DNA from: a virus
Taxonomy: Duplodnaviria > Heunggongvirae > Uroviricota > Caudoviricetes
Virus record (IMG/VR): IMGVR_UViG_3300026549_002494
Coordinates: 72,468 to 136,467 of that record
Direction: 5' to 3' (one strand)
Length of the DNA stretch: 64,000 nt
The position numbers and the translations under genes are program-made. Shown here one piece after another: positions 1 through 9,919 of this stretch (the stretch's first letter is position 1; each line of letters opens with the position of its first letter). Under the pieces are notes generated by a model. The model made no database searches. It saw only the letters and a list, made by a program, of their open reading frames with translations, and had not been told where the DNA came from.

Positions 1-9
1 TGTGTTGAA

Positions 10-582
10 TTGCATAATGGGAAATTTGATGTAGAAGCAGAAAAAAGAACATATAAATATTCAATCGACCATTATTATGCAAAATATGATTTTGAAGCAG
101 ATAGGAAAAGTGGAAAACTCGGAGTGTTCATTATTCAGCAAAATGCAGAATATAAAAGGGAAATTAGAAGAACCTCTGAGTCTTACTATCGCAATAAAAT
201 CGAATTTGATAAAAGTGGATGTAATATTACAGAAACAAGAGAGCAGTTGCAATACCGTCTTCGCAAATATAAGGCAGATAAAAGAAAAAGAGAGGTTGAT
301 GCAATTAGCTATGAAGCAGATTTGAAAGAAATTAAAGGAATGTTTCAAGTATTAAAAGAGAAACTTATCATTAAACTGAGCGAAGCAAAAACTAGCAAGG
401 AATATGATGATGCTAGAGATATATTTGATTACTATTTTGTATGGATAGTAAGAGATATTGAACAACTTGAAAAGAAAGTGAATCAAAATAGTTTTTGTTC
501 TGTAAAAGAAGCAACTGATAGCATTGCAAGCTTGAAGGAAAAAATTGCAGAGAAAACAAGAAAAATAGAAGGGAGAGATTGA
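10..582 (+). CDS. hypothetical protein (possibly 5'-truncated by window edge)
   Basis: Long ORF with coding-like K/E-rich composition. No recognisable motifs. Confidence 0.35.
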   Translation: MHNGKFDVEAEKRTYKYSIDHYYAKYDFEADRKSGKLGVFIIQQNAEYKREIRRTSESYYRNKIEFDKSGCNITETREQLQYRLRKYKADKRKREVDAISYEADLKEIKGMFQVLKEKLIIKLSEAKTSKEYDDARDIFDYYFVWIVRDIEQLEKKVNQNSFCSVKEATDSIASLKEKIAEKTRKIEGRD

Positions 583-770
583 TATGCTAAAAATTGAAAT
601 TGAAACCGGAAATGCTGCTTATTCAGAGAATGATGAACTTACATGGGATGGCAGACTTAATCTTGCGGCAAATTTAAAAGCAATTGTAAATATGATTGTC
701 AACGGCGGAAACGGCGGTACAATAATGGACATCAACGGAAACAAGGTAGGAAAATGGGAGGTAAATTAAA

Positions 771-1439
771 ATGAAAAGATATTTTATAAAAACAAATGCA
801 GATAACAAAGTAGCTATAGTAGACAGACATAATAAGGCATTTTATTTTGGGGACACATCATTTGATAAACCGTTGACTTTGCGGAGAGCAATAAAGGCAG
901 ACTATAGCGGCATTGAGGGTTGTGAAACAGCTGAACAGGCGGTAGAAAATACATTGGGAAGATATTATCATATCACAAAAGATAAACAGGTAGACAGACT
1001 ATTTGACTTTGACTTAAAGGATTTTATCTATAATCCCAATATAGAAATAACGGAATTTTACAGTGATAAGAAAGGATTGTGTGTAAATATGAGCAATGCA
1101 TACCGAACACAGCAGTATGTCGAACGGGCATTACAGGAAGATTTTGAAGAATTTGAAGCGAAAATGCTTGCGGCTGACAAAGAAGATATATTTAAAAATG
1201 CTTATGAAATTGCAGTTAAAAGGGAAATAGTTAATTTCTTTATGGACGTTCAGACAATAACTGATTATTATAAAATTCTTGCAAGAGTAGATATGAATAT
1301 ACGGAGTAGTTTGTTAAGTTTGTTGTATGATTACTACATAGAAACAGAATATGCAAGCGTAAGCAGTTATGAAGAAATCGAGAGATGGATTGGTTGGTTT
1401 TGTGAAAGAGAAAGGGAGTGTATGAAAAATGAAGTATAA
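771..1439 (+). CDS. hypothetical phage protein
   Basis: 222-aa ORF, tightly packed with neighbours on the same strand. Stop overlaps the next start. Confidence 0.4.
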   Translation: MKRYFIKTNADNKVAIVDRHNKAFYFGDTSFDKPLTLRRAIKADYSGIEGCETAEQAVENTLGRYYHITKDKQVDRLFDFDLKDFIYNPNIEITEFYSDKKGLCVNMSNAYRTQQYVERALQEDFEEFEAKMLAADKEDIFKNAYEIAVKREIVNFFMDVQTITDYYKILARVDMNIRSSLLSLLYDYYIETEYASVSSYEEIERWIGWFCERERECMKNEV

Positions 1440-1995
1440 TAAATTTGCCACTAAAGTAGATACACGATCACGGAAGGCGATGGCGAAATTCCTTTCAGAA
1501 CATTTCCGCTACTACACAATGAATAGCTGGAATTGTAGCACATCTTGGGCAAATAATGTTAAGATTTATAATTTGGGGCTATCAAAAGAGATTACCGATA
1601 AATTATATGATATGCTCGATATAGAATATTATGGTTCTGATTTACAGTTTTGTATTGATGACCTGATACGGGATTTTGAAACGAAAACAGGATATTCTGC
1701 GGGATTCAATGGCAGAAGCGACGGTTATCTTGTAATGTATGATACTGAGTGTGTGAATGGGAAACGCCAAGTTTATCCCGGCAGAAGTGTTGACGATTAT
1801 ACATTAGATGAGTATATGGATAAAGATGAATTTGATATGCAAGATTTACGTGATAAGGTAAAACTTGTTCAAGCATTTGATGAACTTTGCAATCAGATAA
1901 TTGAGAAATGTATATACTTTGCAGAAAATTATGAGGTTGTCGAAGAGGAATATACGGTTACTATGACAAGAAAAGTGTTGCAAGAAATAGTATGA
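1429..1995 (+). CDS. hypothetical phage protein
   Basis: 188-aa ORF overlapping the previous stop (ATGA-type coupling). Confidence 0.4.
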   Translation: MKYNKFATKVDTRSRKAMAKFLSEHFRYYTMNSWNCSTSWANNVKIYNLGLSKEITDKLYDMLDIEYYGSDLQFCIDDLIRDFETKTGYSAGFNGRSDGYLVMYDTECVNGKRQVYPGRSVDDYTLDEYMDKDEFDMQDLRDKVKLVQAFDELCNQIIEKCIYFAENYEVVEEEYTVTMTRKVLQEIV

Positions 1996-2028
1996 AAAAC
2001 GTAATTTTATTTAGGAGGATTTTAACAC

Positions 2029-2676
2029 ATGAACACATTAAACATTATAACGGATATCAATACTTATTTAAAAACGGAAAATAAATCAATTTTGACGGAT
2101 TTGTTAAATGCTTTACAAATTGAATACAGACACGAAGAAGCGAAGAAAAAAGGCGGAAATATTGCATTGAAGCGACAAAAAATCGCTGAAAAGATTTTAA
2201 AACAGAATAAAAAAGACGGAATGAAAGAACAGTTTTTCAAATGTTGGATTGAAGAAATAGACGGAAAAAAGATGCAGTTTTTCGGTAATCCGTATTATAT
2301 TATAGCACTAAAAGAAGCATTCAAAACATCAGCAGAGACGGAAACAGAAGCAGAAAAAATCACTTTTAAAGCAAGTAAATTTTTCGATAAGTCACAATAT
2401 GAACTTAATCAGATTGATTTTGATTTGACGGAAATTAAGCAATATTTAGCACAATTTAAAGCAGAGCAGAAGCAGAAGCCGCCAAAACAGAGGGAAAACA
2501 GATGTGTTATGCCTTTTGGAAATATTGCTGATAGAGGTTATAATGCAGAATTTTTGATTGACATTATAGAAGCATTGGGAACTGATGTGAAATTTTATCA
2601 GAATGAAAACGCAAACGGAATCAGTATTTTTGAAGCCGAAGCTGGAGCAGCTTTAATTTGTCCTTGCAGACTTTAA
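2029..2676 (+). CDS. hypothetical phage protein
   Basis: 215-aa ORF preceded by AGGAGG-like RBS (ttaggaggatttt). Confidence 0.4.
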   Translation: MNTLNIITDINTYLKTENKSILTDLLNALQIEYRHEEAKKKGGNIALKRQKIAEKILKQNKKDGMKEQFFKCWIEEIDGKKMQFFGNPYYIIALKEAFKTSAETETEAEKITFKASKFFDKSQYELNQIDFDLTEIKQYLAQFKAEQKQKPPKQRENRCVMPFGNIADRGYNAEFLIDIIEALGTDVKFYQNENANGISIFEAEAGAALICPCRL

Positions 2677-2692
2677 GAAGGGAGTTTTTGAA

Positions 2693-2971
2693 GTGTTACA
2701 CAGTATTATTAGTTTTAATGATGATAGAGGCGTTACAATAGATTTTCACAGATTAAAACAGAAGCGCCCGGAAAGCGTTTTAAATGCAGTTTTTAAAGGC
2801 TTTTCAGAGTTTGAAAGTATCTATATTACAGAGGATATGAAAAGGCGTTGCAGAGCCGTTACAATTCATTATACAGAGTATGAAAGCACAGAAGCAAACA
2901 AGACTTTTGAATGCACTTTTACAGACTTCCTGCAACGGTATGAGGCATACAAGATGCAAAAATCAGCATAA
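2693..2971 (+). CDS. hypothetical protein
   Basis: 92-aa ORF with GTG start after GAAGGGAG RBS. Followed by a terminator. Confidence 0.35.
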   Translation: MLHSIISFNDDRGVTIDFHRLKQKRPESVLNAVFKGFSEFESIYITEDMKRRCRAVTIHYTEYESTEANKTFECTFTDFLQRYEAYKMQKSA

Positions 2972-3024
2972 ACAAATTAAAATTGCTTTACAGAAGCAAT
3001 AAAAACACAATTTCATTAGTTTAA

Positions 3025-3052
3025 ACAGGCATTAGTTAATGTCTGTTTTTTT
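3025..3052 (+). terminator. rho-independent terminator
   Basis: 9-bp stem acaggcatt/aatgtctgt with short loop, followed by a T7 run. A second small hairpin ttgcttTACAGaagcaa lies just upstream (2985-3001). Confidence 0.6.
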
Positions 3053-3100
3053 ATACTCAAAGTTAAAAACAAAACAGAGAATATAATCAAAGAAATATTT

Positions 3101-3328
3101 TTGATTAGAAAGGGAAACAAAATTATGAGCTATACAGAAGCAATTATGACTATAGTAAGATATGGAAAAGAATTTCAAGCAATCGAAGAATTACTTGGAT
3201 TTGTTAAAAGAAAAAATGAAAAAATTGAAAAAGATAATGCAACAAAATCTTCATGCTTAAGGGCAATTAAAAAGATTAATCAACAAAAAAATAGTGCAAT
3301 TGATGCACTGTGTGATTGGGAGGGATAG
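3101..3328 (+). CDS. hypothetical small protein (true start probably ATG at 3125)
   Basis: ORF downstream of the AGAGAATATAAT motif at 3076. Basic C-terminal half. Confidence 0.3.
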   Translation: MIRKGNKIMSYTEAIMTIVRYGKEFQAIEELLGFVKRKNEKIEKDNATKSSCLRAIKKINQQKNSAIDALCDWEG

Positions 3329-3588
3329 AAATGAAATTATCTTATGGTTATAATTATGATGAACTGTTACATTACATAAGAAAGTTTGCTATAGACAATG
3401 ATTGGGAAGATGAAAATGTACCAGAGCAAATAAGAGCATTCTTTACAACTTGGGCGTTTTTGTTTCACGTAGATGCTGACACTCGTAGTTGTACGCAGAC
3501 TTTATTTGCAATTTATACATTAGCAGGTCTTGATGAGATAATTAGTTATGATGACTTTGAACATTTCATGGTTAAATTAATAGTATAA
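3316..3588 (+). CDS. hypothetical protein
   Basis: 90-aa ORF overlapping the previous stop. Confidence 0.35.
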   Translation: MGGIEMKLSYGYNYDELLHYIRKFAIDNDWEDENVPEQIRAFFTTWAFLFHVDADTRSCTQTLFAIYTLAGLDEIISYDDFEHFMVKLIV

Positions 3589-3705
3589 GAAGATATGGTC
3601 GCATACGATACCGGCGACTTGGAATGGGACGCGATTAAAAAAGTAATGGTGAGAGTATAAAAGATTTGATATTTTAAAAGTATAGATAAGGAGGAAAAAT
3701 AACTT

Positions 3706-3987
3706 ATGTACACAGATAAAAAATACACAATGATAGTTACACAGGAAGATTGGCGCTACCCAAGGGAAGTGCAGATTAGCTTCTTTGCGGAACAGCCTTG
3801 GGAAGGTGAGTTAAGTGATATAGTCTTTGGGGATAACGTAGATGAATTATCAGAAAGCAGTGATGGACATCCTAATGAGGGTCTTTTCTATATACTTTAT
3901 GCAAACAATAGCGGTGAGCGGATTGGGTATGGTGTAATTCACTGGGACACCATTCAGAAGAATATTGATGACTATGAAAAATATTAA
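3706..3987 (+). CDS. hypothetical protein
   Basis: 93-aa ORF with AAGGAGG RBS 8 nt upstream of the ATG. Confidence 0.4.
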   Translation: MYTDKKYTMIVTQEDWRYPREVQISFFAEQPWEGELSDIVFGDNVDELSESSDGHPNEGLFYILYANNSGERIGYGVIHWDTIQKNIDDYEKY

Positions 3988-4049
3988 CACAGTGAATTTG
4001 CGTTTATATCCGCAATAATTTCTCGCAGGAAAGAGTGTTACGGATAAGA

Positions 4050-4481
4050 TTAAAGTTGTTGTAAACTTTTCAACACAATATCAATTCGAGCCATTATATT
4101 GTCAACAGTTTTCTTAGACAATCCGTTATATAATGGGCGCAACTTAAAGAGATCCGTCATAATTATAGTAGCAAACGCATTTGCGTCTATTTCGGCAATC
4201 TGATTATTATAAGCTTCAACTTCAATTTCGTCGGAAGTTTTATAATTTGCAAAATATTCATTATAGTTATTACGAATTTGCCATACATGACGTAACTCAT
4301 GAGCAATAGCGAACACATCATCTGGATTGGATAGAATAATGTGACGTAAATATATAGTCGTCCCATCAGAACTACATTGAGCAAGTGTCGTTTTAGTAGG
4401 GAAATGGGATATATCATAAGATATATCGGGTGGTGTGATTTTTAAAATTTCACAAACATTTTTTATATATTCATTAATCAT
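4050..4481 (-). CDS. ImmA/IrrE-family Zn metallopeptidase-like protein
   Basis: HExxH motif (AIAHELRHVWQ). Size and minus-strand orientation typical of ImmA-like anti-repressor peptidases. Confidence 0.5.
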   Translation of the reverse strand: MINEYIKNVCEILKITPPDISYDISHFPTKTTLAQCSSDGTTIYLRHIILSNPDDVFAIAHELRHVWQIRNNYNEYFANYKTSDEIEVEAYNNQIAEIDANAFATIIMTDLFKLRPLYNGLSKKTVDNIMARIDIVLKSLQQL

Positions 4482-4742
4482 GATAAAAATCCTTTCTTAG
4501 TCTATGCTTATTATAGCAGAGAAAGCTTATAAAATCAAGACGAGGGTGTGATGTGATATTATGCAGTGTGAAGGAATTGCTTGACGGTAAACATAAAATA
4601 TGTTATTCTAAAATAAAAAAAGGAGAATAACTATTATGGGAAGTAAAGAAGCAAATGACAACAAGAAAGACACAGGTAAGAATATTACATTTGAGTCAGA
4701 GTCTGAAAAAGCAAAGAAAAAACCTAAAAAGGAGTAAAGGAT

Positions 4743-5372
4743 GTGAGTAATATTTTAGAATTTTTTAAAGGAATAGGATTAAACGAAATCTTAGTCTATC
4801 TTATAAACGGATATGTATTCAATTCGGTATTTGAATTTATTACTCGGACAGACTTCAAAAAAGAATACCAACATATATTTGTAAAATCTATAGTGTATGG
4901 ATATGTAATTGTTCAAATATATAATTTGTTACCGATACCAATACAAAACCCGAGTATTAACATAGGATTGCAAATATGCCTTTGTTTAATAGTGGGATAT
5001 GTCTTAGGCAGAATATGTTTAAGTAGTATCTTTGGTAAAATATCAAGGATATTAGGCGTATACAGAAACTTTAATCATGGGATTTGGATGGACATTTTTA
5101 ACGGCGGTCGAAGCCCTATATGGATTAGAGCAACGATAAAATCTCAAAATGAAGATATTTGGGGAGAACTTAAGCATCTTGAAACAAAGCAAAGATATCC
5201 ACTGCTTGTATTGCATCGTTATAGTATTAACGATTTAGACGGACATCTTATAAAGGATTTGTCAGATGATGAAAGCAGAACTATATTAATTGATACGGCC
5301 AAATGTGACAGATTGGAAATTGTACATACCAGAGATGACAAGGGTCGACTCCAAACTGAAGTAGAGGAGTAA
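4743..5372 (+). CDS. hypothetical protein with hydrophobic N-terminal segments
   Basis: 209-aa ORF with GTG start after AAGGAG. Preceded by a 33-aa RBS-bearing mini-ORF at 4637-4738. Confidence 0.35.
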   Translation: MSNILEFFKGIGLNEILVYLINGYVFNSVFEFITRTDFKKEYQHIFVKSIVYGYVIVQIYNLLPIPIQNPSINIGLQICLCLIVGYVLGRICLSSIFGKISRILGVYRNFNHGIWMDIFNGGRSPIWIRATIKSQNEDIWGELKHLETKQRYPLLVLHRYSINDLDGHLIKDLSDDESRTILIDTAKCDRLEIVHTRDDKGRLQTEVEE

Positions 5373-5543
5373 AATAACTCAAAATATTTATAGACTCATA
5401 TAAAAAGGAATTGCTTGATAACAAGAAAAAAATTATGTGATAATAGAGAGAAATGCGTGAGAAATATGTAAAAATAAAGGAACAAAAGTTAAAAGGTCAA
5501 AAAACAAAAAAACACAAATCAATAAAAAAAGGAGATAACCAAA

Positions 5544-6041
5544 ATGAAAGTAAATGAATTCACGGTAATTCTTAATGAACAAAATAATCCAGAATTAAAA
5601 TGTATTCATCAATATAAATGGGAAATTCCCTTATGGGAAGATGTGTTTGATGATATTGTATGGTATGAAAGTTTAGTTAAAGAGTTAAATAATACATTTT
5701 TTCTGGATATTGTCGCCGAAGAATACGCATATATTGTTGCATTAAACAATGCAAGTGAAATAGTCGGGATATACCAATTATCTCACGGAACTTGTAGTGA
5801 AACATATAGCAGGAATAAAGAGTTAGTAACATTTTTATTATTATCTGGGGCAGAACAGTTTATTCATATACACAACCATCCCGGCGAAAGTGATATTATC
5901 GAGAGCGAAGGTGATAAGGGCGTAAGAGCAAACATTGAGGTGGCTGCTAAGATTTTTAATATACAATACAAAGAGAGTATTATTATTGGAAAACATACAT
6001 TCGGATTAAGCAAACGCTATTATCAAAGCGACAAAATGTAA
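5544..6041 (+). CDS. RadC-like JAB/MPN domain protein
   Basis: HNHPgeSdi-iESegD matches the RadC JAB signature HNHPSG...PS..D. AAAGGAG RBS. Confidence 0.45.
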   Translation: MKVNEFTVILNEQNNPELKCIHQYKWEIPLWEDVFDDIVWYESLVKELNNTFFLDIVAEEYAYIVALNNASEIVGIYQLSHGTCSETYSRNKELVTFLLLSGAEQFIHIHNHPGESDIIESEGDKGVRANIEVAAKIFNIQYKESIIIGKHTFGLSKRYYQSDKM

Positions 6042-6051
6042 TAAGGGGGTT

Positions 6052-7062
6052 ATGAAAATGTCTGGAAGAATTGAACATCGGTTAAAGACAGAACAAACAA
6101 TTAGTAGACTTTTAAATAATATGCCAGAATGTATGGTAGAATATTATTATAATTTATCATCAAAGAGAGAGATAAAAACTTGCGAAGAATATATTAGAAA
6201 GGTGAGAAAATTTTTATTGTACGTAAATTCAGATCCCATTCAAATTGATTGGCGACAAATAAATGAAACAGATATAGCAAAATATTTTAAACATATTGAA
6301 ACTAAAATAATGAAAGATGGGAAAATGGCTAATACGAGTTTTTCTTTTAGAAAAGAAAATTATACAGCCTTGAATAGTTTTTTTAAATATTTATATAAAA
6401 AAGGATATATACCCCATAACCCTGTGGAATTTATTGATCGTCCAACTAAAAAAGATTCTGTTAGTAGAAAATTTATGACAGAAGATGATTTATCAAAAAT
6501 AATCAAAACAGTTAAATGCGGAGCTGGCTCAAGTCGTGCGATTGCAAGGCAAGACAATTGGTGGACAAGGGATTTAGCAATTATTTTAATGTTTATAACA
6601 ACCGGAATGCGTAAAACTGCCTTATCAGAAATTGATATTAATGATATTAATTTTACCACAAATGAGATTCGTGTAGTAGACAAAGAACACGAAACTCATA
6701 CATTTAATATGCCTAATATTCTAACAGATGCTTTGATAGATTGGATGTACCAAAGAGAAAAAATATTGCAAGGAACAGATGTTGCTCCACTGTTTATATC
6801 CAATCGTTTAAAAAGAATGTCTCCTGACAGTATATCATTATTAGTAAAGAAATATACAATAGAAGCATTAGGTGAACCCTTTTCACCACATAAAATCAGA
6901 GCGGCTTTTGCAAATATTATGTTAGAACATACAGGGAATATAAAGATTGTAGCGGATGCATTAAGACATAAACAGATAGAAACAACTAAAATATATCTTA
7001 ACAATGATGAAAAGAAAGTCAATAAAAAGACAGTGGATATAATGAATAGTATTTTTAAGTGA
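6052..7062 (+). CDS. int: tyrosine recombinase / phage integrase
   Basis: Catalytic-domain motifs: GMRKTAL (Arg), HKIRAAF (H-x-x-R), ALRHKQIETTKIYL (terminal Tyr). N-terminal SAM-like domain. Confidence 0.8.
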   Translation: MKMSGRIEHRLKTEQTISRLLNNMPECMVEYYYNLSSKREIKTCEEYIRKVRKFLLYVNSDPIQIDWRQINETDIAKYFKHIETKIMKDGKMANTSFSFRKENYTALNSFFKYLYKKGYIPHNPVEFIDRPTKKDSVSRKFMTEDDLSKIIKTVKCGAGSSRAIARQDNWWTRDLAIILMFITTGMRKTALSEIDINDINFTTNEIRVVDKEHETHTFNMPNILTDALIDWMYQREKILQGTDVAPLFISNRLKRMSPDSISLLVKKYTIEALGEPFSPHKIRAAFANIMLEHTGNIKIVADALRHKQIETTKIYLNNDEKKVNKKTVDIMNSIFK

Positions 7063-7110
7063 TTAGGTTTGACTTTTAATTAATTTAATTTAGTTTTTTG
7101 ATTAAAATAA

Positions 7111-7139
7111 TTGACAAAATAATAAATATAGTATATAAT
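7111..7139 (+). promoter_or_regulatory. perfect sigma-70 consensus promoter TTGACA-N17-TATAAT
   Basis: TTGACA at 7111-7116, 17-nt spacer, TATAAT at 7134-7139. Confidence 0.6.
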
Positions 7140-7145
7140 AAAAGA

Positions 7146-7232
7146 CGAATAGGGGATCAATAGACGATTGATTTCCCTCTGTGATAATTAAAAGACTAAC
7201 CACACATTGGGAAGGGCGGTTAGTCTTTTTTT
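7146..7232 (+). ncRNA. candidate ~85-nt small RNA (consensus promoter, two hairpins, intrinsic terminator)
   Basis: Sits between the promoter above and a 10-bp stem terminator aagactaacc/ggttagtctt plus T7 at 7191-7232. Internal hairpin GGGATCAAT/ATTGATTTCCC. No ORF with RBS. Confidence 0.4.
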
Positions 7233-7507
7233 GTTATTAAAAATTTGATAACAAATGCCAATGATTGCAAATATCAAACTTGTATATAAGAACAAATTTT
7301 CATATGTAACCATAACATTCCCCCTCTCCGAGGGAAAAAATTCAACGTGATTCCTTATTCGTCCTTTATTATTATATATCTAAAAGCTGTTTTGTCAAGA
7401 AATATTAAATTTGACATTATATCTATTGAATATCAGTCAAATATATGATAAAATGTATACAAATAAGTGAACCCTTATAAATAATATAAAAAAAGGAGTA
7501 AATTAAA

Positions 7508-7921
7508 ATGAAGTACACAATCTATGAAAGCTCAGAGGAATTTGAGAAGAAAGATTTCGACAAAATCGAAGCAGGCTGCACATACAATTCCGAAACTGCT
7601 ACTGCTACGGTCGTCAAAATATTTGATGACAAGGAAGGCGCATTGGAAGCGTTGAGCAAAAAGGCAACGTCAGTGAGGAAGTTCGGCAAAATCATCTGCG
7701 TAATTGAATACTATGTTCTGCCCGAGGAAAAAGATGAGTACGGGGACGACATCGAATTTTACGACCCGATTGCGTTTTCAGAAATGCAGATACCCGTCAG
7801 AATTGCACCGGGATACGAAAACGCATACGAAGATGTTGCCACATTTGATAATTATGCAGATGCCGCCGCAAAGGTTGACAGTCTGTTAGACGAAGATATT
7901 GACGCATATATAGCTATATAA
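7508..7921 (+). CDS. highly acidic small protein (possible DNA-mimic / anti-restriction candidate)
   Basis: 137 aa, about 25% D/E. GGAG RBS. Own TTGAAT-17-TAAAAT promoter with TG extension at about 7428-7460. GC content about 42% against a 32% background. Confidence 0.4.
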   Translation: MKYTIYESSEEFEKKDFDKIEAGCTYNSETATATVVKIFDDKEGALEALSKKATSVRKFGKIICVIEYYVLPEEKDEYGDDIEFYDPIAFSEMQIPVRIAPGYENAYEDVATFDNYADAAAKVDSLLDEDIDAYIAI

Positions 7922-7963
7922 AAAAAAGAGGTAATTAAAAATGAAAAAAGTAATTAACGGAAA

Positions 7964-8125
7964 ATGTATAACACAGAAACGGCTAAGTTAATCGCCAGCC
8001 GTGATAACGGTCTCGGCAGCCATGAATTATACTATGTACGTGAAGAATTATACAGAAAAAAGACAGGTGAATATTTTCTGCACGCACTCGGCGGCGCAAT
8101 GTCGGGATATTCTCAAATTGTCTAG
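7964..8125 (+). CDS. possible 53-aa small protein in the GC-rich island
   Basis: ORF MYNTETAKLIASRDNGLGSHELYYVREELYRKKTGEYFLHALGGAMSGYSQIV. Weak RBS. An overlapping 16-aa ORF at 7941 has a better RBS. Confidence 0.2.
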   Translation: MYNTETAKLIASRDNGLGSHELYYVREELYRKKTGEYFLHALGGAMSGYSQIV

Positions 8126-8187
8126 GGCGACGGCACTTCAAATTATCCTTAAAAGGGTAAATTTTAGTTGCGTTTCATACGGTGCAG

Positions 8188-8222
8188 AAAAAAGAACGGT
8201 ATTAGCTGTTCTTTTTTTGTTT
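8188..8222. terminator. bidirectional intrinsic terminator
   Basis: A-run, stem aagaacgg/ctgttctt, then T7 run. Confidence 0.5.
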
Positions 8223-8323
8223 TTGTAAATTATTGTTGCAAATAATGGAAATATATGATAATATATAATGTAGGCGAAAGTTATAGTAGAAATGTAAGGG
8301 AAATAAAAAAGGAGGAATATTGA

Positions 8324-8845
8324 ATGCAGTTTGGAGAAAAAGGATTGCCGGGAACCTTAATGGGAATAAGTATCCCAGTATCAATACTTATGGGGCTTTT
8401 AGGCGGCGTAATAGGTATGGTATTAACATTTTTATTTTTTGTTGTGCTTGCAATTGCCTCTTGGGTAGCTAATATTCATTATCAGGGATTGACTGTTTTT
8501 GGATCGAGCGGAGATGATGAATATTCATTTGTAGATGAAAATCATATTCCATTTGATTACTATGGTTTTCAAAAGATACCCGGATTGACTGCGGAAGATA
8601 TAGCAAGGGAAAATCAAATTGAATGGGCGTACAGGCATATACCAATATCTAAACTATTAGATTATTCGGGTCAATATCAGCCCGTAATAAACGACCGTGC
8701 AAATGGTATAATATATAGGCAAATTTTTCATATTGAAAAAGATTCACTTGGGTTTCCGGAGCGTACGCTTGTGTTAAAACGTAAATTTGCACAGTGTGAT
8801 CGGAATAGTCCTAAGCCATACCTTACATGGAGACATTGCAGATAG
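8324..8845 (+). CDS. membrane protein (N-terminal TM helices)
   Basis: Hydrophobic stretch GISIPVSILMGLLGGVIGMVLTFLFFVVLAIASWVANI. AAGGAGG RBS. Confidence 0.4.
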   Translation: MQFGEKGLPGTLMGISIPVSILMGLLGGVIGMVLTFLFFVVLAIASWVANIHYQGLTVFGSSGDDEYSFVDENHIPFDYYGFQKIPGLTAEDIARENQIEWAYRHIPISKLLDYSGQYQPVINDRANGIIYRQIFHIEKDSLGFPERTLVLKRKFAQCDRNSPKPYLTWRHCR

Positions 8846-9489
8846 GAGAGAGTAAAATGGATAATAATGAGAATGTAAAAACTGAAAAACTTAAACCAGG
8901 AGATATTAAAACAACACAATGTCCGAGATGTGGTATTGATATAACTACTACGGTTGACAAGTATGGACTTTATTCTTTCCCTGAACTTTGTCCTCAGTGT
9001 GGCATTAATATGGAGTTTTATAAAAAAAATAATAATATTGAATGGTTGAAAAAACAAAGAGAAGAATGTGTAAAGAAATTAAAAGATATAAAGGAAGAAC
9101 AGGATCAATTTAGTTTCTGGGGGGCATTTATTGAACATGTAAAATGCGATCCGATTTGTTGGTTGTTTTACGGATTGGGGGCGTTAGTTTTTTTGGTTAG
9201 TATTTTAATGTGCTTTGCAATTGATGTAAAAGAAGGTATTGAAGGGATGCTATTTTCATTAATAGCATGCTCAATAGTAGGTTCAATTGCTCCCACAATT
9301 GATGCACTACAACAACAAGATAAAGTCAATAATGAAAAATTTTATCAAGACAATGAGAAAAAAATACTTACAGCTCAAATTCGTCAGCTTGATAAAGAAA
9401 TCGAACGTAGAAAACAGATGGAAGAAAAAACAAAAACCACCAACAAAACATCAAAAATAACAATAAAAAAGGAGGAAACAAACCAATGA
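8827..9489 (+). CDS. zinc-ribbon / TM / coiled-coil protein
   Basis: CPRCG...CPQCG N-terminal zinc ribbon, a TM segment, and a K/E-rich coiled-coil C-terminus. Confidence 0.4.
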   Translation: METLQIGESKMDNNENVKTEKLKPGDIKTTQCPRCGIDITTTVDKYGLYSFPELCPQCGINMEFYKKNNNIEWLKKQREECVKKLKDIKEEQDQFSFWGAFIEHVKCDPICWLFYGLGALVFLVSILMCFAIDVKEGIEGMLFSLIACSIVGSIAPTIDALQQQDKVNNEKFYQDNEKKILTAQIRQLDKEIERRKQMEEKTKTTNKTSKITIKKEETNQ

Positions 9490-9809
9490 GAATATTCACA
9501 TTTACCTACAAAGAAAATCCGGGCGCAGCACATATTCGAAATGTTAAATTCATAACCGATTTAACTAATCGGATAAATTCAGATGCTTCCTTGATTGAAA
9601 AGGCAAAGAAGAATAATAGAGGTTTTGCTGAAGAAGTGCGAAAGATAATATCTAATACAGAAAATGATGAATATGCATTTACAATGATAGAGGGAAGAAT
9701 GCTTGATGCGCCAAGATATTCATTTCTTAAAAATGTTGAATGTGACGGAATAAAATATGATGTGGAGATAGATAATTTATCAAGGACATTTTGTTTGTTT
9801 GAGTGTTGA
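9486..9809 (+). CDS. hypothetical protein
   Basis: 107-aa ORF overlapping the previous stop. Confidence 0.35.
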   Translation: MRIFTFTYKENPGAAHIRNVKFITDLTNRINSDASLIEKAKKNNRGFAEEVRKIISNTENDEYAFTMIEGRMLDAPRYSFLKNVECDGIKYDVEIDNLSRTFCLFEC

Positions 9810-9919
9810 AAATAACAAAACTGTGGGATTGTACTTGTATAGACACACCCTGCATATAGTGGGAGTTATGTATTTTTGCATAGCTCCTTCACTCTTATTA
9901 ATAAAGAAATAATTTCACA

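Noticed and set aside
61-348. Minus-strand and nested + strand ORFs inside ORF 10-582
   Set aside because: Shadow ORFs within a longer coding frame. Same reasoning applied to 6360-7022(-), 17944-18378(-), 30362-30739(-), 48260-48923(-), 48958-49398(-), 50220-50680(-), 52725-53057(-), 54068-55199(-) and 57728-59095(-).
6052-7500. Defined attP core next to the integrase
   Set aside because: Inverted repeats and hairpins are present at 7143-7366, but without a host sequence to compare I cannot identify the attachment core. I reported it as an sRNA/structured locus instead.
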